Shown here one piece after another: positions 40,531 through 55,035 of a DNA stretch of 64,000 bases. Both the position numbers and the translations under genes were made by a program. Origin of the DNA: the human T2T-CHM13v2.0 reference genome, Homo sapiens; assembly GCF_009914755.1 (NCBI RefSeq), contig NC_060932.1; one strand, 5' to 3'. The notes beneath the pieces are model-generated. The model searched no databases. It worked only from the letters and a program-made list of their open reading frames with translations, and was not told where the DNA came from. Each line of letters opens with the position of its first letter. The stretch's first letter is position 1.

Positions 40531-41150
40531 TAAAACCACTTTTGGTCACTTAAATAACAAATAAACTTTGTAAGTGATATCATTGAAATCATTACCAATC
40601 TAATGAATTTTTCTTTCATGTGTGTTTCTCTGAAACAGAGGAAAACTTTTAATGTTATTCTGTGTATACAATTATTTGTAGCATATTTGTTGAGTACTTA
40701 ATAAACGTTAGTACTGTGGGCTGAAAATCCACACAGATACGGTCTCATTTTTTTCCATAAAATCTCTCTGTAAAGTAGGAACTTTACTTTTTTGTTTTAC
40801 AGGGAAAGAAACAGACTCGGAGAACCTTGATAATTTGCACAGGGTCATCCAGCTATTGAATGACAGAGCTAGAACCATTCTTCCTAAGGTGGTCTGATGC
40901 TATTAATGTCAGAAACCCATAATTTCCCAGCCAGTTAAAAAATATATAGATGTTTAGCGCCTCCATGCTGCCTGGTGCTCTGCGTCAGAGTCTAGAAAAC
41001 ATCAGTTTTCTATCTGTAAGTTTTCTAATTACTTGCTTTATTATACAATGATCTACCATATCAATTCTACTTAGGTTGTTTTATTTTTTATCTTCAGCAA
41101 TTTCCACTAGTTCAGGCAAATTGATGGATTTCAAGAATAATGAGTCTTGA

Positions 41151-41486
<336 letters not shown>

Positions 41487-41927
41487 GATCCTCTCATTTT
41501 TAAAGCTTGCTGATATTCTCTGCACATGTGCCTTTACAAAAACAGCTTCTCTGACTGGTATGAAACAGGATTTTGCAGACCTCTTCAACTTTGAAAAATA
41601 ACATCTCACAGCTGAAAGGTTTGCTTCTGTTAGACGACATTTACTTTTTGTAGGCTTTTGTTTCTTCTTATAAAGTAACCTCTTTCCTGCCTCTTGATGA
41701 AGGTTTTGGCAGGTTCCTGACTCACATCCATTTTCATGTGACTTATCTTTATTCAACATGTCTGTGATGTGTCAGTGACTAATCAAAGCACTAGGGATAT
41801 ATTAGCAGCAACATAAATGACTGCTTGCCTTCAGGGAGCTTACATTTCTAGTGGGGGAAACAGACAATAAAAGTGATAACTCAGTAAATTCGATAGTAGA
41901 AAAGAAAATGATAAGTATGAAGAAGCA

Positions 41928-41958
<31 letters not shown>

Positions 41959-42460
41959 AAAAGGATGTCCAAAGGGGGTGAAAATTTAGATAGTACAGCC
42001 AGGGGAGACCTGAATCAAGTGATTTGGGACCTGGAAGAACAGAGAGATTTGGGATTTGAGATAGGTTTGAATTGGTACAGTTTATTTCATCATTCAATGG
42101 ATCAACAGCATGCAGCAGCCAATAGTTGAAAACCTGAAACATTGTAAACTTAAGTGTCCTAACGGAGATCAAATCCACAACCTTGGTCTTACATGTTCTG
42201 TAGTTTAACAGAACTCACCTGCCAGGGATGGCCAGGAGACTGGCTCCATTGTGTCTTTATTAGTATCTTAAGGCTATTTTATCTGTGACTCGGGTAGAAC
42301 CAATGAGTATTTTATTAAGCCCAAAAATTTATTCTAGTAGTCTTGATTTAACTGTTCATTAACTGCCCCCGAAGTATTCCAATTCTTCCCTAAATGTTAG
42401 TTTAAAGTGTAATGACTCCAGCAAATATGAGTCAGGATCTTTCACTTTACACATTATCTT

Positions 42461-42767
<307 letters not shown>

Positions 42768-44643
42768 ACATTATCTTACATAATCCTCACAATTCCTCCC
42801 TCAGATTTATATTATGTTCTTGTTACCAATGAGGACAAAAAGGCTCAGATAGATTAAGGAACTTCCCTAAATTAAAGTGATAATAAAGTGCTCAGAGGAA
42901 TTCACACACAGATATTGTCTTAACTCTAGAGTCTGTGTTCTTAAATGCCAGGTTTATTCATTGAAGTGGATGCATCAGACATGAAAGAAACCTAAGAATG
43001 AATCTACTTCACAATGAGGCCCAGAGAGATGGAGTTATTTTTCCAATGACTCAAAGTCACAAGCAGTTTGGACTAGAAATCAGATGTACTAGTGCTTAGC
43101 CTAACCATCTTACTACTACGCCATGCAAAGATTTATTACTATAATATAAAGCTCCAGGAGAAATAAACAACCTGTCCCATGCCCCATTGTTTCTTGGCTG
43201 GAATGACCATGGCCTTCTGGTAAATATCCTATTCTTCTATTCTTTCTCCAAAATCCAAGGAGATGGTATCTCCTTTGCAAAGCCATCCTTGATACTTCCA
43301 GCTACTGTTACTCTCTCCATCCTCCATACATCTATTGTTGTCTTCTCATGCCATCTAAATCATACCATAATTTATAAATCACATGTCCTTATCTCCTTGA
43401 AGACTGAGCCTCTTGAAGGGAATCATGTCATTCTTTACAGTAGCCCCAGTGTCTACAGCAAATACTAAATATTTCTGGCAATGAATTTTTTTGTATTCCC
43501 ATTTCCTTGAGCAAACTATGATTAATATGGCCTTTTAAGTTTTATATAAAGAGAACACAAATAGAACTTTAAAGAAAACATTTTGTTTACTGTTTTAATG
43601 CAATTTTTAATTCAATCATTTGTTAAATAGATAACTCAATGTTTAATTAACAACCAAAATATAAAATTATTTTCAAAGAGACACAAGTTCTTCCTTAAAT
43701 TAATTTTTATAGGAGCTTTAGTACTCTACATTTCTTCGGAGGAGACACCCTTTCTTCAGCTTTCCTCACTATCCCTAGTAGGGCACCCACCACTGGAATT
43801 GTTCTGAGCAAAAACAGCTCAGCCTACCCAGGGGACAGAGATTCTCCTTCTGCATTGTCTGTCTATGTAGGTTTCTATTCCTTCCTGATACAATGTGAAA
43901 TACTGGAAAAAGAATAAGATCTATGGTCAGAAAACTTGGTTTCAAGTTCCAAATCTTCCGTTTAATTTATAATGAATGTGTGTAAATCTCTCCAATATTT
44001 TTAGTTCACCAAAATGGGGATATCTGCTCCATCTAATATCTGACAAGGGAGTGAATATGAACTGAGTGATGTTTGTAAATGTGCTTAGTCAGCTAAGTAC
44101 TACATTAGTCCTAGTTATTATTTGTCCAGAATTTTGCTTGGATGGATAGGATCTACCATTCTAATATCAGCATCAGTCTTTTCTGCTACTCCTAGAGAGA
44201 ATAAAAACATATATGTAGCAGAAATCTTATTTTGTCTCAAACTTAGGGGAACTCCTCATATTATTTACCTTATTACGTACTGTCCAAATGATGATATGGA
44301 GAGAAATTACTCTTCATGAGCAGGTGGTGGATGACATAATAAACTTTGCAATGGTTGACTTAAATAAAAATTAGTAGTTTAAGTTGGTGGGGTCCTCCTC
44401 CACAGTCCTAGGTCTGTGTCTGTGTTATGTTAATTTGGTGAGTGCTATTAAAGTTTACTGATTCCTGATGAGGGTGTTGGAGGTGATTGGTTTGGAGACA
44501 GTTAATAAGCATGAATAGGAAACTCTTTCTTGACTAGCAGCACTATTAGTATTCCCCCATCCATCCCTTTTTCACCTATAGCACAATTGGCATAAAGATT
44601 CTTCAACTGGCTTCTCACCAAGACTAGTAAGAATAGAGCAATA

Positions 44644-45057
<414 letters not shown>

Positions 45058-45890
45058 TCAGAGACTTCCTTGAAATTACTCTAAATAAGATTTAATTTTC
45101 ACATGTTTTAGCTGCTAATACTGAAATAGAGATGAAGAGATGATTGAGATGTTTAGTGCAGATTTTTTTCTAAGGCACAGAGCTTTTAAAAAAATTATTC
45201 AATTTTCCAAATTGCACCCCGCCATTAAGAAATCCTTCCAGGATATGAAGATTGAGTTTTAGAGAATACTTAAAACCCAAAACAAATAAATCAAGACAGC
45301 TCATAAGAATTTCTTATGTCAGTGTAATTTACAAAGATAGATACTGCACTTTTTTCCTGAATGTCAACAGAATGGGAATTGCATTGAAAATTCTCCATCT
45401 ACAATTCCCGAACCATGGACTTGGGAACATAGTGAAAAAGCTAATCTTTCTAATGACATCTTAATGAACCTTTTTCATATTTGGATGGCCAGGAGCAACC
45501 AGAAAAATCTGGTTGTGTCTTTATGTCACACTCAGCGCCTCTTCTCCTCCTCACTCCCTGCTTGAGAACTTCTGTTTTTATCCAGGTGTCTCAAGCAAGT
45601 TTTGGAAATTCAGTATTCCTTCAACCACTGATTAGTGATGGGACCTTATGAAATGTCAAAGAGCATTTATTTTGTGAAAGTAAGAATAACAATAAAGAGT
45701 AGTACAATTTAGTCAACATGTGTATACTCAGACACTATTATAATATTTAAGTTTCATTGATAAAAGGCCCTGCTAGAGGGGACAATATTCTTGTGGACAC
45801 CAATAATTAGAAGAATTTGAAATGCTATGATGAATTACTGTGGTTGGCGAGACAAAGAGGAGCAACTTGCGTAAAGAAACAAGATGAACC

Positions 45891-46191
45891 AGCCAGGCGC
45901 AGTGGCTCAAGCCTGTAATCCCAGCACTCTGGGAGGCTGAGGCTGGCGGATCTCCTGAGGTCGGGAGTTTGAGACCAGCCTGACCAACAAGGAGAAACCC
46001 CATCTCTACTAAAACAACAACAACAACAACAACAAAAAACAACAAAAAAACGAAAACAAAAAATTTGCCAGGTATGGTGACACATGATGCCTGTAATCCC
46101 AGCTACTGGGGAGGCTGAGGCAGGAGAATCACTTGAACCTGGGAGGCACTCCAGCCTGGGCAACAAGAGCAAAACTCCATAAAAAAAAAAA
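45891..46191 (+). mobile_element. AluSp with (CAA)n-expanded linker and right-arm deletion
   Basis: ggtcggga, cctgaccaac, ggagaaaccc; TSD aaagaaacaagatga at 45873-45887 and 46192-46206. Confidence 0.95.
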
Positions 46192-46929
46192 AAAGAAACA
46201 AGATGAGAGAGAAGAGAACCAAATTTCACTTGCGTATTTGAGGCCACCTGAGGGATATAAGAACAGAGTTGAAGCTTAGATAAGAAAGTCAATATCTTAA
46301 TAAAGATTGCATTATGCACATGTCCTCCTAGTAACCCATGACAGGATTATCTTGTCAATTTAGTTATAATTAAATACATAGATATTTAGACAGATAATAG
46401 ATATCGAAATACTGATACATAATGCAGTAAAAACTGCACTCTATTGTGAAGTACCATATAGTTTGGTATTTCCATTTTAGGTCAAAGGCTATGCATAACT
46501 TTTCATAGTGGATAAAAAAAACTTTATTTCCTGGTGGGATGAATTTGAATTTGGTAAATTTTTATGGCGACTCCCGGTGGCATGTCTCTCCTTTCATCTT
46601 GCCATGTCCAAGGAAGAATAAGAAAAATGAAATTTTATTTCTGTTGTTATCAACTAATACACACTGAGAGCTTGCGGGTAGAGGCCATCACGTGCATTGT
46701 TTCATTTTATCCTCATAGTACCCTTGTGAGGTGGGAATTATCTCCTTCCTCCATCTTATGAATGAGTAAAGAGTTCAGACATGATAAATAATTCACTCTG
46801 AGAAAATGTTAGACTTTCAATTTGAACTAAAGTTTATCTACTAAGACTTATGCTTCTTGCCAAAATCACATACTGACTTTTTTTTATTCATTTAACTGGC
46901 ATTTATTAAATTAGGTGTTGTAGGGAAAA

Positions 46930-47190
46930 TTATATGGTCATAGTTAATTGCATGGGCTCCAGAGTCAGACAGTCTGGGCTAAAATTCTAGCTTTCTCATT
47001 TGTAAGCTTGTTAGCCTTGGGGAAGTTACTTATCTTCTCTAAACATTAATTGCCTCATCTATAAAATATGGTTTTTAAAATGGTGTCTATTTCAGAGAAT
47101 TTGTTAGATAATTAAAGAAGATATTGCATACTAAATACTTAGCTCAGTGCCTAAATCACAGTAAACGTTCAGTAAATGATAGTTGCTCTA
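46930..47190 (+). mobile_element. MIR nested in an L2 remnant (L2 approx. 46885-48030, minus strand)
   Basis: gggctccagagtcagacagtctggg...ccttggggaagttactt...ctcatctataaaat. Confidence 0.85.
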
Positions 47191-48035
47191 ATTGTGATAA
47201 ATATATCAGGGCCTCTGCCCTCAAGAACTATTGACTTAAGAAGGGAAGATTTGATATGCGCCAAGTGACTGCAATACATAATTTAAAATGACATTGTGAG
47301 AGGTGAAAGCACAAGTGGTAAGTCTGATCTAGTGAGATCATAGGCATCATTGTTGGGGAGGATACATTTTATCAGGGCCTTGAGGAATTGGCTTATGCAG
47401 ACTCAGCAGAAGGGCATCCCATGGAGAGGCATGAACAAAATTGGAGGCAAGAAAATACAAGCCTTGGCTGATAAACAAAAGAGAACTGAGACTGACTCGA
47501 GCATGGGCTCTATGTAGGAGCTCAGTGGGAGACAAAACTAGGAAAATATATCAGAGGCTGCAATGCAATGCTAAGAAATCTGGTCTTTATTAGGTGATAA
47601 TATAGAAGACTTTTAACAGGAGTTAGAGAAATATGCCTGACCTCTTAAGATGCAGATGTAAAGTGTAGTAATAACTGAGAATGTTAAATAAAATAATCAG
47701 ATCAGCCAATTAAGGAGACTATATGGAAGTCAAAATGAACAATAATGAGACTTAAGCGAAATAGAGCAGTGGGGAGTTATTGCAGAGAAACAAACTATCT
47801 CTGAGGGGGATAAACACATAAAATGGACGGTAGTTGTCAAACTGGGCACAAGAGACAAGGGAGAGGAAATAATTTAAAAAATGACTCTGAAAGTTCAAGT
47901 CCGACATGAAAGGACAGTAGAGGCAGTGAAAGAGAGAGAGATCAGAAAGCAGACCAGCTTTGCAGAGCAGGTGATGAGCTCTCTTGCACACATACTGCTT
48001 TTGCAACCAGACAGCTATATGGAGATGCTGAGAGG

Positions 48036-48431
48036 TGTTGAAAGATAAACCTTTGATAAATTCAATTTAACAGAGTTTAACTGAGCAAAGTACGATTCAC
48101 AAATCAGGTAGCTTCCAGAGCCAGCGTAGGCTCAGAGAGGCTCCAGCGCAGCCATGTGGTGGAAGAAGATTAATGGATAAAGAAAAGTGAGGTACAGAAA
48201 ACAGAAATGAGGTGCAGAAACAGTTGTTTTGGTTACAGCTCAGCGTTTGCCTTATTTGAACATGGTTTAAACAACTGGCAACTTTTAATTGGCCAAAACT
48301 TGGTGGTTGGCACAAAAATAGTTTAGTCTCTTTACACACCCAGTTAGGTAGGTTTCCATTAACTATGTATGGAGAAATCTTTAGGTTGAACTTAAAATAT
48401 GGAAGGAGGCAGCTTTAGACTAAACTTCACA
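48036..48431 (-). mobile_element. MER57-family ERV1 solo LTR
   Basis: ggttacagctcagcgtttgccttatttgaacatggttt ... gaacttaaaatatggaaggaggcagctttagactaaact; TG..CA ends. Confidence 0.9.
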
Positions 48432-48759
48432 GAAGGTGATCAGAATTGTGAGACTGCAACTCAAGAAGAGATTTAAAATCATAGTGGTAACTGATTTGAG
48501 ATGAATCTCCACATGATGAGAAGTTAAGTACCCTATAACAAGTGCAATTGCTGAGAGAAAGAGAGGAGAGCCAGGAGCACTGCATGCAGAGAGGGGATAG
48601 AGTCACAGAAAATACAAAGAATAACAAGAACAATGTTAAAGTATTCTCAAAACCAGTAAGTAAGTAGTAAATAAAATAGATGGTCATTAGAGCAAAATTG
48701 TGCAGTGAAGCCAATGCTACAAACTAACAAAAGATCAATATTAACACTGGAAAATAAGA

Positions 48760-49390
48760 ACTCATTGGTGGAGCCAATTTGGAAAATACTTTTGGTAGCT
48801 TCTCATAATTTTAAACATATAGATACCATATGAATCAGCATTATATTCATAGATATCTACTCAGAGAGAAGAAACATATTGTCCACACAAACTCTACATA
48901 AATGTTCATAGTGGCATTATTCATGATAGACCCAAAATGGAAATAACTCAAATACCCAACAATTGAAATGGATAAACAAAATGTAGTATATCCAACAATA
49001 AAATATTATCCAGCAGTAAAAAGGAACAAAGCACTGATATTTGCTACAACATGGATAAACTTTGAAAACACTATGTTAAATGAAAGAAGGCAGTCAGAAA
49101 AGACTACAGATTGTATGATTCCATTTATATGAAATGTCCAGAATAGGCAGTTCTATTGAGACAGTAAATTAGTGTTTGCCTAAGTACAGAGGAAATTGAG
49201 AAGAATGAGTAGTGACTGTTAATTGGCATTGGGCTTTTTCTTTTTATTTGGAGTGATGAAAATATTCTAAAATTAGATAGTGGTGATGACTGTATAACTA
49301 TGTAGATATACTAAAGCTATTGAATTGTATACTTAAATTTGCTGAATTCTATAGTGTACAAATCAAATCTCAATAAATCCATTAAAAAAG
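48760..49390 (+). mobile_element. L1MB/L1ME1-type 3' end
   Basis: acaacatggataaactttgaaaacactatg...tgtatgattccatttatatgaaatgtccagaataggca. Confidence 0.88.
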
Positions 49391-49399
49391 AAGAAAGAC

Positions 49400-50010
<611 letters not shown>

Positions 50011-50096
50011 CACTGGTAATGTTTGAAAGAGCTATTTCTGTGAAATGGTAGGATTCAAAGGAATAAAAGCTTCCAATATGAACCACATTTAAGAAA

Positions 50097-50195
50097 ATGG
50101 GTGCAGCACACCAGCATGGCACATGTATACATATGTAACTAACTGGCACATTGTGCACATGTACCCTAAAACTTAAAGTATAATAATAAAAAAAA
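50097..50195 (+). mobile_element. L1PA2/PA3-like extreme 3' stub
   Basis: gggtgcagcacaccagcatggcacatgtatac...cctaaaacttaaagtataat plus A tail; TSD aagaaaatg at 50091-50099 and 50196-50204. Confidence 0.95.
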
Positions 50196-51769
50196 AAGAA
50201 AATGTTCAGTAAGTTACAGTCATGAGGTAAATCAAACAAAACCTTAAATAGGACACCACCTAAGATGCTGCATCATGTCTCTGCAAATGAAATTCTGGCA
50301 ATCCATTCATGTTTTACCTCAAGGAGAAGATGAAAGAAAGGTGGTTGTGTGGCTCCAAATGCTAAACTTAATTTCCGCTGACTTAAACTCCTTCTGCATA
50401 ACAACTCATTGATTTGTTTAGAGACGTCTAAGGTTTAGTCATGAGTCAAACACTTTCATTATTTACTATGAACATCTTGCATCTCATCATCATATGCAGT
50501 TGCAACACTCAGAATGACCCAGTAGGGCCTTCATCACAGATTTGCTTGTCTATCATACAGTGAAGCCATTGAGAGAAGAGCCTGGTAGTCTACACGATAG
50601 CTGCCTTGACTCGCCTCGTGGTCTTACTGTGGTGGTAACACCCAGGGAACCCACTGGAGGGTATATCACCCCTGTGTGTTATGTGGGTTGCTGTCAGGTG
50701 TGGCACAACTGATCAGCATCCTGGGGCATTTGGTTGAATCTGGGTGCTCTAGGCACTAAAATGACATCAAGAGTCATCAGAAAAGAAGAATTAATACGTC
50801 TTAATGCAAAAGCAATAGCAATAGTAATTGAATAATTTGTGTATATGGCCCAAAATTTTAAGGAATGAATATTAAGATTAAATATATTTGTGACATTGAA
50901 ATAAACATACATACTTTGAGCAACAGAAATCCTAAAAAATAGCAAAACTATCTCAAAGCATTAGTATAGGCTCTAATGAAAAAACGATTTATCTTTCAAA
51001 TATCATGTTTTTGGTTCTTCCAATATGAATGAGTAAATAAAAGGGAATAAACGATAAGTATTTTTATTTATAAATAAATAAAATATTTTATTGTTAAAAT
51101 AAACCCAAACCATTTTGACTTGCAAAAAAAAAAATGGTTCAGGTTATTATTTGCTTCACAACTGATTAGTAACCCCAAATAATTAATGGTTGGAGAAAAC
51201 TCCACCCTCAGCAGCTTTTATGAGAGAAATTGATGCTTCTGACATTATAGGACATGTATTCAACACCTCAGAAAACTTCCCTCTAGGTCCAATCTCCTTT
51301 TACCTTCTCACGCTAGCATTTTGTCAGTTACTTAAGGAAAATAGAAAGGATTTTTGATGGCCAGTGAGTGGTTAAATACCATTTATTTCCAATCCTCTGA
51401 GGCATCTCATTAATGTAATAAGATTGAGCCACTACTGCTTCAGAGCTTACATTACCTAAGATTCTGAGATTGATGTGCCAAAGAGAGCCCCTCAGAACAA
51501 AATGCACCGAGCAGGAGCACACTGCAATTCATCACTTCAGTGGATTGAAAATTCATTTCATTCAACAAATTTTTATTGAGTGCCTACTATGTGCCAGACA
51601 GAGGGCTCATTGTTCTAAATGACACTGTTCTAAACATAGTTACTCTATTCAAGAAGGCATTAATATAGTAGAGTGGGTTACATTTTAAAAATTAATAAAT
51701 TTAGTATTAGGTAATCTAAATACTAATAGGGCATTAAAAGAAAATGTAATAAAGTTTAAAATAATTACT

Positions 51770-52471
<702 letters not shown>

Positions 52472-52929
52472 GAATCTACTTGGAAGATTAGAAAAACTTC
52501 CAATTAGAAATACATCTTTGATATAATGATAGAATAATATCATTTTTAATGTTTATGTGACAAGCATATCACATCTATATTCTCATTTAGTCACAGAAAT
52601 AACATTAATATAGGTAGGAATATTTCCAGTTTTTATAGAGGAGAAAAACAAATCACAAGAGAATAATGAATTTATCACGTTCATGCCCACTCAATAAATA
52701 AATAGAACCTGGATTCAAACCCAAATCTGTCTAGCTCCAAAAGTATAAACCAGGTCATTATAATGGCTTTTAAAACACAGAAAACTTGTACAAGCAGAAT
52801 TGGTGTCACAATTTCTCATAAGTAGAGGGTTAAGGTGAAAAGATATCTATACAAAAGACTATGGGGATGTTGATGGATTGTCAAAAATAAACTGCATGCA
52901 AGCACAGTGGGGAAGAAAATAAGGGTACA

Positions 52930-53290
52930 TGCACTGGACTGAATGTTTGTGTTCCCCTAAAATTCATGTGTTGAAACTCTAATCCCCAAGTGATATTATT
53001 GGAGACGAAGACTTTGGAGATGATTAGGTCATGAGGGTGGAGACTTCATGAATAGGATTAGTGCCCTTATAAGAAGAGGCTAGAGAGCTAGCTCTCTTTC
53101 CTCCATGTAACGACACAGCAAGAAGACAGCTGTCTATAAACCAGAAACACCACCCTCACCAAAACCCAACCTTGCTGACAACCTGATCTCAAACTTCCAA
53201 CAAACTCTAAAACTGTGAGAAATAGATGTTTGTTGTTAAAACCCCCCAGTTTATGTTATTTTGTCATAGCAGCCCAGGCTGACTAAGACA
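52930..53290 (+). mobile_element. MLT1A0-type solo LTR
   Basis: tggactgaatgtttgtgttcccctaaaattcat ... gactaagaca; TSD gtaca/gtgca. Confidence 0.92.
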
Positions 53291-54305
53291 GTGCACAACT
53301 AGAAAGGAGAAATTCAAGAACCAGTCAAGAAATGTGTGTCTTTTTGGTTAAAAAAAAAAATTGAAAGCCACTGGCAGCTTTTCACAAAAAGAGCAGAGCA
53401 TGAAGAACCTTAATTCAAGACGAATGCCCAGATAACACTGTGTACAAGAGGTTGCGTATTGAACAATAATGGTACAAACACATAAAGAACACTCATTATC
53501 AAATAAAAATCCTTAGTGCTAATTAGCAGGTTATTTGAAAGGTTGACTATGGGTAACAAGAGAGAAAGTTTGGAAGATATTTCATATAAAATAATTACTC
53601 AGGGTGACCACTAAAAGAATGTTAAGTATTGTTTTGAGTGAAACGCTGAGAAATAAGATAGTATTAAAAATATCTTTAAAATTCTGCTGCACTCACTCTG
53701 TCTTGAGCTGTTTATCCATATTGGGCTCATAAAATCCAATATTCCCCAGCCCACACAAATATTTTTCTCTTCAAGAGTTGCTGTTTTGTAGAAGGGCACA
53801 AATACTTTTCTTTCAATAGTTCCATGGATACTTTATACATTCATCGCAAATTTCAAATCTATTAAGCATCTTGCCCTCATTTATTTTCAGATCAGCACTC
53901 ATAATTCATTATTCATTACACACTTTCCAAGCTAAGCACTGTACTAAGTACTGGGGATAAAAAGAAAAAAAAAGGTAAAAAGGTTATATAGCATGCTGCG
54001 GGATGTACACATGTCAACAAATCATGACAATACGTTGTATGAAGATTGTCTAATAGAAGCATATGAAAATTACTCTACGTATATTTCAGGATGTCAGTAG
54101 AACCATCTCACGTATTTATAACAGAGAAAATGTAATGCAAGTAGTTGATTACTCAGAAGATGCAGATCTGTGAAGTTAAATGGTGGACAGTGAGGTGGCC
54201 AGGAAATACTCACTGCAGACAGCCTTTACCACTTCAAGACTGGAGAAAAAAAGAGAGAGGTGGTTGTGGTGTGTTAAATGGCTGCCCCTAAAAATATATA
54301 TTCAT

Positions 54306-54600
<295 letters not shown>

Positions 54601-54701
54601 ATATATATATTCGTATCTTAATACCTAGATCCAGTGAATATTACCTTATTTTGAAAAAGGGTCTTTGTAGGCATAAATTGTCATTAAATTAAAGATTTTG
54701 A

Positions 54702-55035
54702 GGCTGGGCACAGTGGCTCATGCCTGTAATCCCAGTGCTTTCGGAGGTCATGGGGGCTGGATCACCTGAGCCCAGGAGTTCAAAACCAGCATGGGCAACA
54801 CAGCAAAACCCCATCTCTACTCAAAATACAAAAAATTCACCAGGTGTGGTAGTGCATGCCTGTAGTCCCAGCTACTCAGGAGGATCACCTGAGTCCAGGA
54901 GGTCCAGACCCCAATGTGCTGTGATTATGCTACTGCACACCAGCCAAGGCAACAGAGAGACCCTGTCACAAAAAAAGAAGAAAGCAAGCAAGAAAGCAAG
55001 CAAGCAAGCAAGAAAGAGAGATAGAGAAAGAAACA
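54702..55035 (+). mobile_element. AluJ with (GCAA)n tail
   Basis: gagcccaggagttc, gagaccctgtc; TSD core gattttga. Confidence 0.93.

Noticed and set aside
45773-46319. Longer ORFs of 90-164 aa here and at 1638, 21665, 41169, 44704, 49460 and 59696
   Set aside because: These are typical Alu-derived translations (e.g. [15 protein letters not shown]), not genes.
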